Origin: Eremomyces bilateralis CBS 781.70 | Lineage: Eukaryota | Strand: one strand, 5' to 3' | Assembly (NCBI GenBank): GCA_010015585.1 | Contig: ML975149.1 | DNA length: 64,000 nucleotides | Shown here: positions 37,580 to 49,877 of the stretch, in pieces | Numbering within the stretch: position 1 is the first letter of the stretch | Layout: each line of letters opens with the position of its first letter | The notes under the pieces: model-generated | The model's input: only the letters and a program-made list of their open reading frames with translations | The model's database searches: none | What the model was told of the DNA's origin: nothing | Program-made: the position numbers and the translations under genes

Positions 37580-39413
37580 ATGAATAGGTATAATTTTCTC
37601 TGCCTTTTGTACGTGACCTGTGGGTCTATCTTCTATGGCTATGATTCAGGTAAAGTTTTATCACCTTGAATTTTACATCCCAGAGACTGACCTTTCATTC
37701 AGGTTGCACAACCTCTATCCTAGGCTACCCAGCCTTCATTGAATACTACAAACTCGACTCAATCTTGATCGGGGCTTTTGGTTCTGCCTATTATGGCGGT
37801 GCTGTACTCGGCATGGCTTCAAATTGGTTTCTTCCTGACAGAATAGGACGACTCCGATCAATCCAGATAGCGTGTGTCCTTGGTATAATCGGTATATCCA
37901 TGCAAACTGGTGCGTCCAGCTTTGCCGTATTCTGTACCGGCCGAATCATTGGAGGTTATGCTAGTGGTGTAATATTCTCTCTGTGCCCTACCTATGCCAG
38001 TGAGATTTCCCCACCAGAGTGGCGAGGGCGTGTAGGAGGAATATTTTCGTGAGTATGTCCCTCTACCGAATTAGCTTCGGTCTAACAGCTTTTTAGAATC
38101 ATGGTCAATGCTTCGTATATGGTCACTGAGTGGATGTAAGTAGTAGTGCTTCCCTTGAATGAATCATGTTCTGACACCAATACAGCGGTCTTGGCCTCTC
38201 TTTCGTCCATGGAGATTCGGCATGGCGCCTGCTTCTAGGCCTACAACTCGTGCCTAGCGTGGGCATGCTGGTCGGCTCATTCTGGATGCCTTTCTCGCCC
38301 CGTTGGCTTGCCCTCAAAGGCCGCTACGAGGAATGCTGCGACGTCCTGAAAAAAATGCATGGCTCGGGACATGACGACGACTTCTACCTTCAGGAGTACC
38401 ATCAGGTCAGGGCACAGATTGAGTTTGAGAAAGAAGAAAAGCTGGGACTCAGGACAATTATCCGCCGCCCCTCATACCGCAAGCGCATTTATTTGGTGGT
38501 AGCCTTGGGTTTCTTCATGATGTGAGCTCCTGGTGCGCTGATATACTTCGAATATGCCATACTGACACATTCTCGTCTAGGATGAGTGGCATCATCGCCA
38601 TTCAGAACTACCAGGTGATCATGTACAACAACTTAGGCATGACCAATACCATGGCTCTAACCTTGACCGCGGTCTGGGGCACTGTTGGTACATTCTCTGC
38701 TGTCATGACAACATTTTTCTTCGACAAGCTGGGACGTAAGCCAGTAATCGTGAGCATAATGGATTCCATTGCCTTGACTGGCACTGACAACTGCGTAGTA
38801 CATTTCGTACGGACTCCAAATCACAGGTTGTTTGCTAGTCGTTACTCTGTGGGCACGTTACGAAGCCGGTCACTCGAGCAATGCAGCGATGGGGAAGGGT
38901 GTAATTGGAGTTATGTATCTCGTGTGTCTCGGCTACTCAGGGCCTATGAATGCCTTTATTGCCACGGTATGCTACACTTTCCGTCAATCTTTCCACGAAG
39001 ATGACTCTAACCTGGCTGATAGTATCCAGCGGAGATCATGCCGACCTGTATCCGCAGCGCCGGCGTCGCCACCGCCTACGTGGTGATGCACTGTATCATG
39101 ATCGTTATAGTGCAGATTACACCACTCGCGCTAGAGGTAATCTCATGGCGCTTCTTCCTGATCTTCCTGATTGCGAACGCCATATTTGTGGTCATCCTGT
39201 ACCTTTTCTACCCCGAAACGAAGGGAAAGACACTGGAGGAGATGAGTGCGCTGTTCGGCGACGAGGTAAGTCAAGATTCCACGGGGTTTTCATCCCAAGA
39301 GCCACATGCTAATAGTGTCTCATCCACAGGTTGCCGAAACTCTTGAGGAGGCTGGTATGCACGTCAAGGACGAGAAGCAGCAGACGCAGCATATCGAAAT
39401 GTCTATATCGTAA
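37580..39413 (+). CDS. MFS sugar-porter family transporter, multi-exon
   Basis: FYGYDSG, DRIGRLRS, GRIIGG, YASEISPPEWRG, PFSPRWL, DKLGRKP, YPAEIMP..IRSAG, YPETKGKTLEEM. Confidence 0.95.
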
Positions 39414-39717
39414 GGCTGATGATATTGGCCCATAGTCAAAATTGGCCTGGCACAGGTATCTAACTAGACTGGTCTGGCTTCAGGCGTAGTCATCTTACAT
39501 CTAGTATTAGCTAGTGATATCTTGTATATGTCGCGTAGAAGAGTCAATCATGAACAATCGGTACTCTTCATGTTTGTTATTCACGCCTGGGCAAACCCCT
39601 CATTGGACTAAGCGCCGCTGTTCCCGGGCACCCTGCTTCTAAGTTCTAGCACTGGCGCCACTGACACATATGGATCTTCTGCCCCTATAATCCACATGTA
39701 CTACCAGTCCTAGCCGC

Positions 39718-39760
39718 AAATCAGTCAAATCAGTCACATCAGTCGCATCAGTGGTATCAC
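39718..39760 (+). repeat. Degenerate 9-nt tandem repeat (ATCAGTCnn x about 4.5) upstream of the dehydrogenase gene
   Basis: aaATCAGTcaaATCAGTcacATCAGTcgcATCAGTggtATCAC read directly. Confidence 0.75.
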
Positions 39761-40162
39761 ACATGTTTAGCCTGCCCTGAAGATTACAGTTAGGCATATA
39801 CCGCGCTAATCGTAACCTCGTCAGGGGTGGATGGTACGGGCGCATGGCGCTACCGAGGGTGCATTGGTGGTGCTTGATACCGATTCGTCTTGGCATGAGT
39901 TCGTTCTCCGCTTTGGGGCATGTCATCTTTTACTGACTGTACACATTATAACGAGAAGTCAACCGCGGCAATTGTTTCGTGCAGTAGAGACGTGGAAGTT
40001 TCGAACTATAACTGAGGCGTGCCTTTGAATCTTCTATCACGTTTAGGAAACATGAGGCTGGATGAAAACAACAGATCTCAACACCGCACCTCGATTATCT
40101 CAGCCTGAAAGCGTAGAGGAACAACCCAGCGCAGCCTCCACCTGAACATAATCATCTTCGAT

Positions 40163-41337
40163 ATGAAAGCAGCCCAATTTCATGGCGCGCGAGACATTCG
40201 CATCTCGTCAGTTCCCGTGCCCACCCCCAAGTCCAACCAAGTGCTTGTGGACATCGAATGGTGCGGAATCTGCGGCTCCGATCTGCACGAATATCTCAAG
40301 GGACCACTCGTTATCCCAACCGAAGAAAACCCGCACAAGATTACCGGAGAAGCTCTGCCCGTGACCCTGGGCCACGAGTTCTGTGGCCGGATTAGCTGGG
40401 CCCCCGATGGTTCGGAACTGAAAGTTGGCCAGCCCGTGATGGTAGATCCACGGTTGTACTGCACCAGTTGCTTGCAGTGCGAGAATACCAGGACCAACAT
40501 GTGTCAGCAGTGGGGTTTCTTAGGATTGAGTGGCACGGGAGGAGGTTTGTCGGAGACTGTTGCCGTCGATGCAAACGCATGCCATGTGCTACCTGAAGGG
40601 GTAGATTTACGGTTTGCGGCGTTAATTGAACCTTTGACGGTGGCAAGACATGCACTGAAATCATCGGGGCTTAAGTTCGAGTCGCTGAGCGTGCTTGTTC
40701 TTGGAGGCGGGCCTGTAGGCGTGGCAGTGGCGATGGACCTCAAGGTTCATGGAACACACCAAATAATCGTCTCTGAGCCCTCACTAAATCGGCGAAACCA
40801 GGTCGCAAAGTACTGCGATGCGGCCTTGGATCCTATGGAAGCTCTCATCGCGGACGAATGCCGAAAACTGACCGGAGGAACTGGTGTTGATGTCGTTTTC
40901 GACTGTGCCGGCGTGATGCCAGCATTAAGGACTGGATTTGATGCCCTTAGGAATCAGGGCACTTATGTCAATGTTGCTGGTTGGGGATCACCGGTATGTG
41001 TAATACGAGGGTGATGAAAGCCTGCTAACGACTGCCAGCTCACCGTACCAATGGAATTCTTCCAATTGAAAGAAATTGTGTTTCGAGCGTCCATGTCTTA
41101 CGATGAGGAGGATTTCGTAGAGGTAGTCAAAGACTTCACAACAGGTAAGCTCCGAGAGCCGGCAACCGTAGTGCAAAGCTAATGTAAATTGCAGGCAGGT
41201 TTCCGGCCGTCGAAGATATGGTGACTTCCCGCATCAAACTGGAGGATGTAGCTCAACGAGGTTTCGAAGAACTGGTTCAGAATAAGGACTATCACATTAA
41301 AATCTTAGTCACACCAAAGCCAGAACTTCTCACCTAG
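40163..41337 (+). CDS. Zn-dependent medium-chain dehydrogenase (2,3-butanediol dehydrogenase-like), two introns
   Basis: WCGICGSDLHEY, LGHEFCG, structural-Zn CxxCxxC..C, AALIEPL, GGGPVG, VDVVFDCAG, HIKILVTP end. Confidence 0.95.
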
Positions 41338-42477
41338 GAGTAGGAGATCGACCTTACAACACTTTGTCACCTTTGTAGCATCTCCTATAGGCTATAACTA
41401 TGAGCAAACATCCGGAGGGCGGAGATGCAATCTTGGTCATGCTCTTGGCCACTCTTGTTTTCCGCCCAGTGCTGCTGGCGAGGTCTTGATGGCAAGTGAT
41501 TCTTGTCGTGTCTCTATAAATTTCGGATAAATGAATGCATAATGCCTTTAATGATATTGACCAAGATAGTCGATGGTGGGAGAAGATATTGTGACGGCCC
41601 ATCTCAGGACGACGGATATCCGCACGTGAAAGTGCCCAGCAATAGAAGCAATATCTACCTCCATATTATGAGAGAATACTTATTAATCGAGATTGCCACT
41701 TCTGATTCCTAGAACCGGCAGCCCTAACATCTGATCGATAATCGGCAAGAGATTCAGTGTCCTTAGAGAGCAGACTCTAGGCCCGTCCAACGTTCTTCCA
41801 TCACGGAGGAAGTAGTCGTTGATCGTGAGACCCGGAGGTTTTGTCGATTTCGATTTCGATTTCGAGGGCAGGGCATTCCATGTGCCCCAATGCCATTTTA
41901 ATAATAATCCATCCGAGAGAAGGAGACAGAAGCACCGAAAATCGGCATGAGCTCCGAATTCAGCCCACTACAGGCGGTACTGCATCACGCGGTGAATCGA
42001 GCACTCCAACCTTTGGAAGAGCGGGCGAGGCACGTAGACCAGGATGCGCAGCCCCGCTGGAACTAGGCATTCCCGTGGTCATTCATCACAGCGAGAGTTA
42101 GAGTATTGTCTCGTTCGCTGAAATTCAAATGGAACCCAAAGGGCGATTCTCATGATGAAGGGAATCACGAAGAGCAGTGGATTCAGGACGTTTGGGGGTT
42201 GAGTTGCACCAGATGCTGCACGGCGAACCACTCATGCCATCTCTGCAGTTTGATGCTCCCACAGCTATTACGTCTTGCGAGAAGCTTCCGTGGTCATTGC
42301 TCGACCATCTAATGCCAGTTCCCCCGTCTTCGGTTTATTCAATTGGACAACTTCAATAGAAATAATCCCACCTGGTTCACATACATAGAACCGGCCTCAA
42401 ATCCACCCAAACCAATCGAGGCTCAAAAACCAAGCAAACAACGGAAGCGAGGCGACGGGGAAGCCACCGCAGCTGTC

Positions 42478-43583
42478 ATGGCGCAAAAGTGTGTGCACAA
42501 AGGCTGCGGCAAGCCGTTCACGGATCCAGACGAGCCATGCGTCTATCACCCGGGACCACCAGAGTTCCATGAAGGGCAGAAAGGTAAGCCATTAGCCAGC
42601 CACCCCCTCCACCCCCCATCATCCCTATTCCCCTATCCCGAACGCCCAAGCTAACCCCCCTCCCAGGCTGGAAATGCTGCAAACCCCGCGTCCTCACCTT
42701 CGACGAATTCCTCACCATCCCCCCCTGCACCACCGGCACCCACTCTACTATNNNNNNNNNNNNNNNNNNNNNNNNNNNNNNNNNNNNNNNNNNNNNNNNN
42801 NNNNNNNNNNNNNNNNNNNNNNNNNNNNNNNNNNNNNNNNNNNNNNCCCTCCCCCCCTCCAAGCCCATCGACGCCGACGTCCCGCGCACCGGCACCCCGC
42901 TGCCCGAGCCGGAAACCGAGGACGACGACCCTGCGGTACCGGTTCCCGCAGGCGCGAGCTGTCGAAGGCGGGGGTGCGGGGCGGTATCAGACGGGTCGAC
43001 GGACGGGAAGAGAGAGGGAGAGGAGTGTCGCCATCATCCGGGCGCACCGGTGTTCCATGAGGGCAGCAAGGGGTGGAGTTGCTGCAAGCGGCGGGTGCTG
43101 GAGTTCGATCAGTTTGTGAAGATCGAGGGGTGCGCGACGAAGGGGCGACATTTGTTCGTGGGGTCAGGGAGAAAAAAGAAGCAGGCGGCGAAGGCGAATG
43201 AGGCGGTGGCGGGAGGGGAGAAGGGTGAAGACGGGGAGGGAGAGGTGTTGGAGGCGGGGTCGGTGCGGAATGATTTCTACCAGTCAGCGATGTCGTTGAC
43301 GTTGTCGTTTTATCTGAAGAAAGTGCGGAAGCCGCCGGCGTCGACGGTGGAGTTCACGGGGGAGGAGATGAAGTTGGATTTGATCACGGAGGATGGGAAG
43401 CGGTATCGGGAGACGGTCGCGCTGTTTGCGGAGGTGGTGCCTGAGGAGTGCGAGGTGAGCATCCGGCCGTCGAAGGTGGAGATGGTGCTGAAGAAGAAGG
43501 AGCCGGCAGCCTGGCCAGGGCTGCGGCAGGGAGATGCGAGTAAAGGGGAGATATACCAGGTTGGGAAGGCTGGTAGGGCTTAG
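42478..43583 (+). CDS. CHORD-CHORD-CS Hsp90 co-chaperone (Chp1/RAR1-like); intron 42583-42666; spans an assembly gap
   Basis: [43 protein letters not shown]; second CHORD CRRRGC..CRHHPGAPVFHEGSKGWSCCKR; CS domain RNDFYQS. Frame is preserved across the N run. Confidence 0.93.
42752..42846. other. Assembly gap (95 N)
   Basis: N run inside the C-rich linker between the two CHORD domains. Confidence 1.
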
Positions 43584-43759
43584 ACTCATCGCTTGGATAC
43601 TTTAGACGACGTTGGCAGTAGGTATAATAGATTTGGACCGTCTAAACTGTATATCGATATGTATCCTACTCGTATGCCCTGCTTGACATATCGCGAAAGC
43701 CGACTAATACGATAGACTGTGCCCGCATACAGCGAAACTCAATGAAGGGTAAAGCAGCT

Positions 43760-45221
43760 CTATAGCTTTGGCTTCCGCTTAACGAGACCCATCATCTTAT
43801 CTAGGTACCTGGCGCTCATCGTCCTCTTCTCCCCATCCGACAACCGATCCCACTCCCTCCGCGACGCCTCTTCGATCACGCGATAGCGAGCCACCTCCTT
43901 CCCTATCCACCCCATCGCGCGATCCGCCGTTTCCCCAACTTTCTCCATCGGAATCAAATGCCCGGTATCCTTCAAGATGACGTGATCCACCCGCCCCTCC
44001 GCTACCCCCCCGCTTCCTCCAACACCAACGCCAGTGATGGACAGTTTCTGGTCCCGGAACTCTGGGGCCGACAGTGCGGATTCATCGCCGAAGACGTAGA
44101 ACACGCTGGGACGGAGGTGCGGGAGGTTGTGGTAGGTGATGATCGGCTCCGGGCGATAAAAGGGGGTTTGGGGCATGCCGGTGGGGGTGATGTCGGGGTG
44201 TGTTAAGCGATTCCAACTGGGGTCGGCTTTCTCGATTTTCGTGTATGATCCGTGGACTTGGGGTGTATTTGGACCGAAATTTGGTCTTAGAAACGTGAAT
44301 ACCTCGTGATGTTTGGTCGTGGTCAGCGTCACTTCCTTCTCGGGCAGCGGCGGAGGCGTGAGGGTTGGCTCGACCGTAGTCGGCGCGACGTGCTTCAGCG
44401 TTCGCTCTGCCGTAGGGGTCTCCTCATAGAGGACGGTTGGGAGCTCTCGGAAACCATGCTCGATCCATAGATTGCGAACCCGTGGGTCCCAGGTGCCGTA
44501 GAATTTGCTCTTTTTCACTGACGCGGCTGCGACTGCTCTCGACGGCCACCGGTCTCTTCGCCCGGCAGAAGCGTTGGCTGGCTGGTAGTTTCCTGATGAC
44601 GAGGAGTACGCTTGGATGACGGGATCAATGAGGATCAGTGATTCAAACAGACGTGGATGCAGCAGTGCTAGGTTTGTGAGCTGGCATCCGCCCATCGAAT
44701 GGCCTATGCCCATCATAGGCCTAGGCATCTCCTTTCGGAAGTGGTTCACCATGCCAAGTAGGTCTCGGCTGTGGTCGAACCATGACGCTGCAATACGGGT
44801 TAATCTCGATAACCCTGATGATTATTCGGTTTGGACGTACGATCATCGCCCAGTTTGCCTTCATTCAGGACACCACTATACCCCTGCTGCGAAACATCTG
44901 CGGCCCAGATATTTCGGATCCGGATATTGGCTGCTTTGGCTCTCTTGAGGAGCTCGTCCCATAGCGGTTCGTACAGCTCCTGAAAACATATTAGATATGC
45001 AAGACAGGTGTCTCTGAAGCAAAACATACCTTTGGAAAGCCATTTGCGTGGGCGCCAATGATGGTCAAATCCCCAGGTTGTGGCTTGAGGTTATCCAACG
45101 GGGTGTATTGCTTGACATGGAGGTGGCATATCTCATCATCTTTAATTGCGGCGTGCGGGTATCCGCGGATATGTTGACATGGTACGGAATGTACCTGGAC
45201 CTGGAAGTATTTGGAGGACAT
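43760..45221 (-). CDS. Alpha/beta hydrolase (Lpx1-like) with a PTS1-like C-terminus, two introns
   Basis: HANGFPK/ELYEPLW, IWAADVSQQGYS, SWFDHSRDL, nucleophile GHSMGG, TGHLIPME; ends KRKPKL. Confidence 0.9.
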
Positions 45222-45807
45222 GTTCAGGGTGTGTAAGGAGAACTCTGGGGGATATTATATCAAGCAATGGTCAAGAAGGGACTTCAAGCGATATGGCGAC
45301 TTCTTTACGATCGGATTCAACGCCGAGCATTCACCAACCCTCCATTTCCAGCCGAACACGGCGTTCGAGGTCGACGAAGGCGTATAACAGCCGACGTAAT
45401 CCCCAAGTCCAATGCCGAGGTCCAGGAGAGTATGGGGCAACACAGATTCTTTCTCGACCTATGTAGCAGAAGTTCAGGAGATATCAGAATTCTCGAATGG
45501 TGCGAACCAATGTCAAAAGACTGATTCAAGAATTATTTGTAGTTGTTGATACGAAGATTGGTGACTACGGAGGTTCTGAAGCTGGTATATAAATGCAATT
45601 CCGTCATTCCCGCGATGGAAAGCCGAGACCGCGAGCTTGGATTGCTTGGTCCTGGATACACGGCAGGAACGACCGGCTCGGCACGCCCTGAGCACAGCCA
45701 CGTTGCGGGGATGACACAACAGCGTGCAGTCATGAGTCAGCAAGCCACCAGTCCACCAGAATCACTGCCAACTGCCAAGCACCCAAGTCAAGGTGTGGCT
45801 AGTACCG

Positions 45808-45863
45808 ACGCGTCGCTGTGGCGCCAGGAACTGATTCCTGTCTGGACTGCGTGTGCGACGCGT
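45808..45863. promoter_or_regulatory. Two MCB elements upstream of the BRCT gene
   Basis: ACGCGT at 45808 and 45858, both within CGACGCGTC. Confidence 0.65.
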
Positions 45864-46096
45864 CAAGGCTCTACACATGCAGATTGATATCTGGCCACCA
45901 GACAGGCAGAACCCAACCACACAATCAAGAAAGCCCGAGGATTGCCACTTTTCTATTAAATTCTCTCTCTCACAACTGCTTTTCGTATGCAATCCTGTTC
46001 ATAACAGATGTCGGTGGTCATCTCGTCGCTGTGTGGAGCTTTTTCACGACGCTGAAACCGGCGTTGTCCGTGGTACCGAAGTTAATTCGAGGGCCC

Positions 46097-48870
46097 ATGA
46101 ACGAGGATGCAATGTCGGAGATTCGTGTTCCTCAGATCTTCGCAGACTTGAGAGTCTCCATCGTCCCGAATGAGATCCCAGAGTCAGAACTGACCGATGT
46201 ATGTGGGATGAAGAATGCGTACTTCTGTAAACTGAATCGTTGCAGCTCGAAGTGCTCTTGGAGACATATGGTGCTGATACTGTGCCTTATGGCACTGGAC
46301 CCGCTGAGTTGAAGGACCTCCTCAAATGCACTCACATCGTGTCCGGATCCATTGACTTCCCGGAATATTATGCTGCTCTTGACCGGGTCAAAGCCGTTGT
46401 GACGCCGAAATGGGTGAAAGACGGCATCAGAAAGACCAAACTCTTACCAGTACGCCCATATAGTCCCGATCCAGCCCTCGTTCTGCGCGATGTCGTCGTC
46501 TATTTCACAGGGTTGCCTCCAGGTGATGTAGAAGTCCTGACCGGGGGACTCAACGCACTTGGCGGTGTCCTCTCAAATGGCAAATCGAAACTCGTCACCC
46601 ATGTTGTAGCCTTGGACATCACCCCTTCCCTTGCGAAGACGATTGAAGATGGTAGACTCAAGGCGAAGGTTGTTCTGCCGCACTGGTATGTTTCAAAATT
46701 GCAGGTTCTCAGCTTGCATCTGACATGTTTAGGCTCAATGACTGCCTGAAGCTTGCACGAAGACTCAACGAGCGCCCATATCAGTTACCTGATCCGGCAA
46801 TTTTAAACCTGAATCCACCGCGAGTGAAACCGACCAGTAGTGCAAATATCCGCGGAGCAAGCTCTCCTTGCCCGAGTGAGCTGTTGTCCCCCGGAAACAC
46901 TCCAAGGAGATTGCGCAGTTCGACGGCCCTTGACGGCCAGTTTGTCTGCTTTTCTCATGAAGGCGTGTCTGATGAGCATCGAAAACTGCGAGAGGAACTT
47001 GTCGAGGCTGCTGGTGGTCGGCTGGTTGATGAAGTCAAGCGTGCCACGATATACGTCTCTCTGTACCGCGATGGAAAAGGCTACGTGGAGGCATACCAAA
47101 GGAAAATTGTCATCGGCAACCTGGCCTGGCTCGACTTCGTTATCTCACACGCAAAGTTCAACTTGCCTACTCGACGACTCATGCATTACCCCGTCCCTCG
47201 GAGCGGCATTCGCGGTTTTAAAGGCACCAAGATTTGCATCACGAACTACACCGGCGAAGCTCGGATCTATCTGGAGAACCTGATTCTCTCCTGTGGTGGA
47301 GACTACACCAAGACTTTCTCAAAAGACAACACTCATCTGATCGCCGCCAACGAATCAGGCGAGAAAGTGGAGGCTGCGAGAAGCTGGGAAATTCCCATCG
47401 TTAACCACCTCTGGCTTGAAGATTGCTATGCGCAATGCGAATGCCTGTCTCTGACGCATGCGAAATATGTCTATTTTCCACACCTGACGAACTTGGGAGA
47501 GACCGTCGGCCAAATTCAAATGAACCGGGCAGCACTGGGCGAACAGGTTCAAGGCCTGGCGAAGAAGTATGGCATCACACTAAAATCGGGACGTTCGAAG
47601 CCAGTCGCAGCGGCTGATGGCACGCCTGACCCTGATTCCGACTTGACAGATGAAGACGACGATGTTCTGGACCACGATACCCCAAGTTCCCCTTCGAAGA
47701 CAGCATCGTCACGAACATTGTCTTCGCGAACAGTGAATGCGACCCCCTCAGGTCAGCCATCGTCCAAGACACCGAGGACTTTAGTCATCGGACAAGACAA
47801 GGAGAACGAGACCCCCCCAACGACAGGCGGCCGTGGAGCGAAGAGCCGTGCACTCTCGAAAGTACATGACATGGCCACAGACATGAACCTGTTTGACAGA
47901 GAGATGAAGCGGAAGGGGGGCGTACTCCACGGTCGGGATCGACGGTCAGACGCCTCTATCGTTACCGATGACACTGAGGACAAACCCCCAAAGTCAAAGA
48001 AGCGTCGTTCCTCTGAATTCGATACCTCGACCGAGGTGGATGAAGAGATTTCCGTGAAGAAGCAGAAGGTGGTCAAAGCTGTCAAAACGCTGAAGTCTCC
48101 AGTCATGCATCGGATGATGGTCACCATGTACCAGCCTTGGCAGAATAATGCGAGGAAGGAAAGCAACGACAAGGTAAGGCTCGATATCTATGTCACTATG
48201 AGCCATGCATCCACTAACACAACCTCCACAGAACAAGCTCCGTAACCTGGGCATTTTCATCACCGAGAAGCCAACCGAAGTCACCATTCTCTGCGCCCCA
48301 GCCATCGTCCGCACGAAGAAATTCGTCACCGCCCTCGCGGGGGCGCCAAAAGTCGTGTCCACGGACTTTATCGACGATGCACTCGAAAATAAAGAACTCC
48401 CGGATCCGGATGGCTTCGCCCTAGAAGATCAAGAAGGCGAGCAGCGTTGGAATTTCAACCTTGTCGAGACCCTTGAACGCGCGGATTTAAACTGCCGTCA
48501 GCTTCTTAAAGGCGTGCAGATATTCTGTACGCCAAAGGTCAAAGGCGGTTGGGAGGGCTACAATGAGATCGCGGTCGCCAATGGAGGGTCCTGCCGGTTG
48601 TACGAAGGGAAGGAGAAATTTCACGTCCGAGTTCCCGGCAGTCAGAAGTCGAAAAAGAGCTCACGGGACAGCTTGACCGCGGCGCAACACGATCCCGTCT
48701 TCCTCGTCTCGTCGACGCAACCGGCGGATCGAGCCTTGTGGGAACATTTCCGAAAGATGGCGCAAAACGCGGATATGGAGCCGAGGATCTGTAGCGAGAA
48801 CTGGCTGCTGCATGCGGCGATGACGCAGGAGATGGAGTGGGGGGGTGATTCGGTTGACCTGACGGTTTAA
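46097..48870 (+). CDS. Multi-BRCT DNA-damage scaffold (Rtt107/Brc1-like), three introns
   Basis: Repeated BRCT signatures: VVTPKWV..RPYSPDP, VVLPHW/LNDCLK, RRLMHYPVP, ITNYTGEARIYLENLI, IVNHLWLEDCY, IVRTKKFVTAL. Start could be ATG 46097 or 46112. Confidence 0.9.
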
Positions 48871-49185
48871 CAAGCAGATTGATGTGACGGGTCTTGGGTT
48901 CGGTGGGATAGGATCGGAGACGTATCGGCAGATTATACTGCCATTGGCCACGTCCATAGTGTTGGCATATCTACATGGCTCCTGGCGTTCTGATGACCAC
49001 GCTCTGTTTTATACCTTTTCGGCATTACTATCAGCATTAGCGTTTCAGCTTTGCATCTTATAGTTAGGTACCTACGATACGTATTCTCGCAACGTGAGCG
49101 AGCGTAATGTAGTGATGCGTTGGATTCGTAGAATCCTTACTCCTCGATGCTTAGCGATGCTCATGAACCTTCGTCGCCGTCCACA

Positions 49186-49877
49186 TTAGAAGAACTTGAT
49201 GCCCTGCTGATCATCACTTCCAAATATCTGCGCCTTTCCCTTCTTCACCAGAACCTGCAGTGACTTCTGCAACAACTCCATATCCATCCCATGGAATTCT
49301 ACCACCCGTTAGCTTCTCCCTAGCTCAACACGCTCTATCTCAACCCCAGGGCACCTAAAAACATACCTTGCGACCTGGTAGCATCCCCCTCCGCCAACTC
49401 ATATAACGTCAACACCGTCCCCCTCTGCGCCGTCGCGTCCACCCACGCCTCAATCAACCCCGCCCACTCCTCCGGCCGCCTCCAATAAACCCAACACCTC
49501 CCCTCCTCACCCCTCCCCTTCTTCCCCGTCCCATCCACCCACTCCGCGCGCTCTCCGCCCTCCGTTCCCGCCATCCACGCGATCACCTCCCGCGCATCGC
49601 GCAGCGCCAGCCGCTTGCCAAGCTTGCGGTTCCAAAAGAGGTCCGAGTCGAGGGCGTCGACGAGGGAGAGGGCGAAGAGGCGGTGGTGGCGGCAGTAGGA
49701 TTGGATGAGGGTGCTCCAGGAGTGGAGCTGAGAGAGGCGGGTGGAGGCCGTGGGTTGGAGGGAGAAGAATGGGGGGTAGTGGTAGTGCGGGGGGAAGGGG
49801 AAGGCGGTGTTGGTGCTGGGGGGGGGGGGTGGGGGGGGGATGGAGGTGGGGTGGGGGGACGCGGCGGTGGTGGACAT
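49186..49877 (-). CDS. VPS25: ESCRT-II subunit Vps25, one intron
   Basis: FPFPPHYHYPPFFSLQP..QLHSW, YWRRPEEWA, TVLTLYEL, EFHGMD..LVKKGKAQIF..GIKFF*. Confidence 0.96.

Noticed and set aside
41844..41864. (CGATTT)3 short repeat
   Set aside because: Too short to be informative.
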